This document shows, piece by piece, positions 61,726 to 64,000 of a DNA stretch of 64,000 nt. The stretch is taken from positions 3,573-67,572 of the forward strand of contig CAZXGF010000014.1 of assembly GCA_964640185.1 (NCBI GenBank), written 5' to 3'. Position numbers and translations under genes: made by a program. How positions within the stretch are numbered: position 1 is the stretch's first letter; each line of letters starts with the position of its first letter. The notes under the pieces are model-generated. The model was not told the DNA's origin. It made no database searches and saw only the letters and a program-made list of their open reading frames with translations. This DNA comes from an uncultured Verrucomicrobiota bacterium. Lineage in GTDB: Bacteria > Auribacterota > JABMQX01.

Positions 61726-62480
61726 CTTTCGATTTTCCGGCGAAGAAGCGATTCGATGCTTGGATAATGGGTCAGGTCGAAGTGAATAGGGGTAACGGAA
61801 ACGTAGTTGTCGGAAACCGCGGTGACATCAACGTCGGAAGGCTCCGACAGGTCAACACGTTTACCGCTGAGGGTGAAAATCACTTTGTCGGGGGAGATTT
61901 CCTGAGTCTCGAACTGCTCCCCGTAAGAGCTTCTTGACTGCTTTGTGACGGCGACGCCTTTAATTTGGTCTTCCGGCACGCCCGGCACGTTCACGTTCAG
62001 CAGAACACCCGCCGGAAGGAACTGATCTTCGAGCAGAGTTGCGGCAAGCTTCCCGGCAAATCTCGCCGCGTATGAAAAGTCCGGCGACTCCCTCGAATCC
62101 AGTGAGATTGCCACGGCGGGTATGCCCATGATTGCCGCCTCCACGGCGGCGGAGACTGTCCCGGAATAGATGACGTCAATCCCCACATTCGAGCCCAAGT
62201 TGATTCCAGAAAAAACGATGTCGGGCCGGATTGCTCTCATACCTTTGACAGCGATTTTGACGCAGTCCACGGGCGTGCCGTCAACAGCGTAGGCAGTCGT
62301 CCCGTCGAGCATAACTTTCTCGACGGCGACCGGACGGGAAATGGTCACCGCGTGAGCCACTCCGCTTCTCTCCCGCGAGGGAGCGAAGACCACTATCTCG
62401 CCGATTTTACTCAGCTCCTTTCGGAGGGCGGAAAGACCCTCCGCGTAAATGCCATCGTCATTCGTTAGCAGTATTGACAT
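61722..62480 (-). CDS. surE: 5'/3'-nucleotidase SurE
   Basis: [27 protein letters not shown] and YSGTVSAA motifs. Confidence 0.97.
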   Translation of the reverse strand: MSILLTNDDGIYAEGLSALRKELSKIGEIVVFAPSRERSGVAHAVTISRPVAVEKVMLDGTTAYAVDGTPVDCVKIAVKGMRAIRPDIVFSGINLGSNVGIDVIYSGTVSAAVEAAIMGIPAVAISLDSRESPDFSYAARFAGKLAATLLEDQFLPAGVLLNVNVPGVPEDQIKGVAVTKQSRSSYGEQFETQEISPDKVIFTLSGKRVDLSEPSDVDVTAVSDNYVSVTPIHFDLTHYPSIESLLRRKIER

Positions 62481-63726
62481 GCTCGGCCTTTTCAACCTCG
62501 AAGTCAGCGGTCTTCTCCAATTTCTTTCTCAGCCCTTCGGCGAGAGAAAAGTGTCTTTTGAACGTCCTCCGGTCATTCTTCCCTATCGCCGAAAGAGCCC
62601 GCGAATACTCCTGAAGAATGGTGGCATATTCGGGCCGGGCCCTCAGCCTGAGCTGGAAAAGCTCGGACGCTTTCTCCCTGGCGATTCGCCGCACCGTACG
62701 CTTGTTCCGATGCCGAAACAGTCCCCTTAAATCAGTTGTGAGAACTTTTTCCTGGAGGGTATCCCTGTCAATGACCGGAATTGTTACAGTTAGAACGCGA
62801 TCCAGGGATGCTTTTGTTTCCGAAAGAAGCATCCTGGGCGCGCCGATAGTCCGCTCAGCCCGCTCAACGGCAAACTCTTTCCATCTGTCCTGAAGTCGGT
62901 CCAGCGTGGCGAAACCCTCCGCGAACTCCAGCAGAAGAGCCCGGACGAAATCGCGCTCGGCCCGGAAGCTCATAATGGCCCGCCGCAGCTTCGAATCGCC
63001 ATCCTCTTGATGAAGCAGGAAGTCCACAACGCTTCCGCTTTCCTTGAAGAACAGTTCTCTTTCGGCTTCGTCGGCCGGTAGGCTCTTGAGGGAAAAAAGC
63101 TCCTCGATGGGAAGGAAATTGCCGCTGCTAACGACATCGCTGACAAACCGCCGCAGGCGAGCGGCGTTTTCCCGCGAGAGATTCTCAGCCACCCCGCACG
63201 AGAGCCACGGGGGAAGCGCAACCGCTGGCGGTCCTCTTTTTTCTGGCGGAACGGCTTGAGCAATATCCTCCAGGCACAGCGCGACGAGCTGAAGAACCAT
63301 GACATCGTTTCTTCTGTTCGGATAGACGTCGTCTTTTAATCTCGCGAAGGTATTCCGGGCGACGGAAATGCTCCACAGCGGCATCTCGCCGCCCGGCGTT
63401 TTCCTGTTCCGTACACGGAGGCGAATGCTCGCGGCCCGCTTCCAATGCCTCTCGTGTCCCAAGAGATTGAAGACCTTTTTTCTCGTCAGCTCTGCCAAAC
63501 TCGCTGCCGAGGCCGCAGTTGTAGCCTCCGGAGCCTCGACGAGAAAATTGCCGTCGTAGCTTCTGACCACCGCGGACTTTCCCTGGTTCCCGCAGCCAAG
63601 TGCTGCTGAAAACGACACGGCAAAAGCAAGGAAAACGCGAACCCGCGGCAGAGATGAAGCAGCCGCCGCCGCGAAGCGCGACGACCCGCCCCCGATTGAA
63701 GTGGAATTGTGACGAGTGCTAAACAT
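62458..63726 (-). CDS. Hypothetical exported or lipoprotein-like helical protein
   Basis: 422-aa ORF co-oriented and overlapping with dtd and surE; hydrophobic stretch ending in ALGC; [10 protein letters not shown]...[12 protein letters not shown] resembles zincin-like (MA) helical modules but has no HExxH. Confidence 0.6.
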   Translation of the reverse strand: MFSTRHNSTSIGGGSSRFAAAAASSLPRVRVFLAFAVSFSAALGCGNQGKSAVVRSYDGNFLVEAPEATTAASAASLAELTRKKVFNLLGHERHWKRAASIRLRVRNRKTPGGEMPLWSISVARNTFARLKDDVYPNRRNDVMVLQLVALCLEDIAQAVPPEKRGPPAVALPPWLSCGVAENLSRENAARLRRFVSDVVSSGNFLPIEELFSLKSLPADEAERELFFKESGSVVDFLLHQEDGDSKLRRAIMSFRAERDFVRALLLEFAEGFATLDRLQDRWKEFAVERAERTIGAPRMLLSETKASLDRVLTVTIPVIDRDTLQEKVLTTDLRGLFRHRNKRTVRRIAREKASELFQLRLRARPEYATILQEYSRALSAIGKNDRRTFKRHFSLAEGLRKKLEKTADFEVEKAEHVNTANE

Positions 63727-64000
63727 CTACAATCAACGTAACTGGGCCTTCGTTCACCAGCGACACCTTCATCATCGCTCCGAAAACTCCGCTGGCGACC
63801 TTTAGCCGGAAGCTCTTCATTCTCTCAATGAAATACTCGTAGAGCCACTCGGCTTTTTGCGGCTCGGCGGCGTGCGTGTAACTTGGCCTGCGGCCTTTTC
63901 GACAGTTGCCATACAGAGTGAACTGGGAGACGACCAGCACCTCCCCGCCGACGTCGAGGCACGACAGATTCATCTTTCCGGCATCGTCCAGAAAAAACCG
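63719..64000 (-). CDS. dtd: D-aminoacyl-tRNA deacylase (5' part outside the window)
   Basis: [36 protein letters not shown] and NEGPVTL motifs. Confidence 0.95.
   Translation of the reverse strand, partial: RFFLDDAGKMNLSCLDVGGEVLVVSQFTLYGNCRKGRRPSYTHAAEPQKAEWLYEYFIERMKSFRLKVASGVFGAMMKVSLVNEGPVTLIVDV

Overview
GC-rich bacterial chromosomal window (roughly 55-60% GC by eye). The gene style suggests a PVC-like or candidate-phylum polysaccharide degrader, but the sequence alone does not prove this. Three housekeeping blocks: about 8.3-20.1 kb (glycolipid glycosyltransferases, pcm, tRNA-Pro, ABC-2 exporter, ligA), 39-42 kb (rph, frameshifted prfB, TPR protein) and 60.5-64 kb (GlcF-like Fe-S protein, surE, dtd). 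They alternate with three accessory blocks: 1-8 kb (GH146/GH127 and GH51 arabinofuranosidases, a deleted beta-helix gene, sulfatase), 20.6-38.7 kb (secreted C25 peptidase, two beta-helix proteins, Gfo/Idh/MocA plus double ThuA, a 1596-aa non-catalytic surface protein) and 42.4-58.5 kb (two paralogous LamG plus unknown-domain proteins, sugar ABC transporter, PfkB kinase, GH95, frameshifted PQQ-propeller protein). The junctions carry at least four dispersed repeat families, two inverted copies of a REP-flanked mini-IS200 derivative, an internally deleted IS66-type element and an orphan 3' half of tRNA-fMet with integrase-arm-like repeats. No CRISPR array, rRNA or intact transposase/integrase was seen. 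Best candidates for an undescribed system: (i) a portable 60-70 aa W..Y.V..DL..W..FYR[VI] module shared by four secreted proteins, including a gingipain/PorU-family C25 peptidase; (ii) the tandem LamG-linked uncharacterised domain family heading the sugar-uptake locus.
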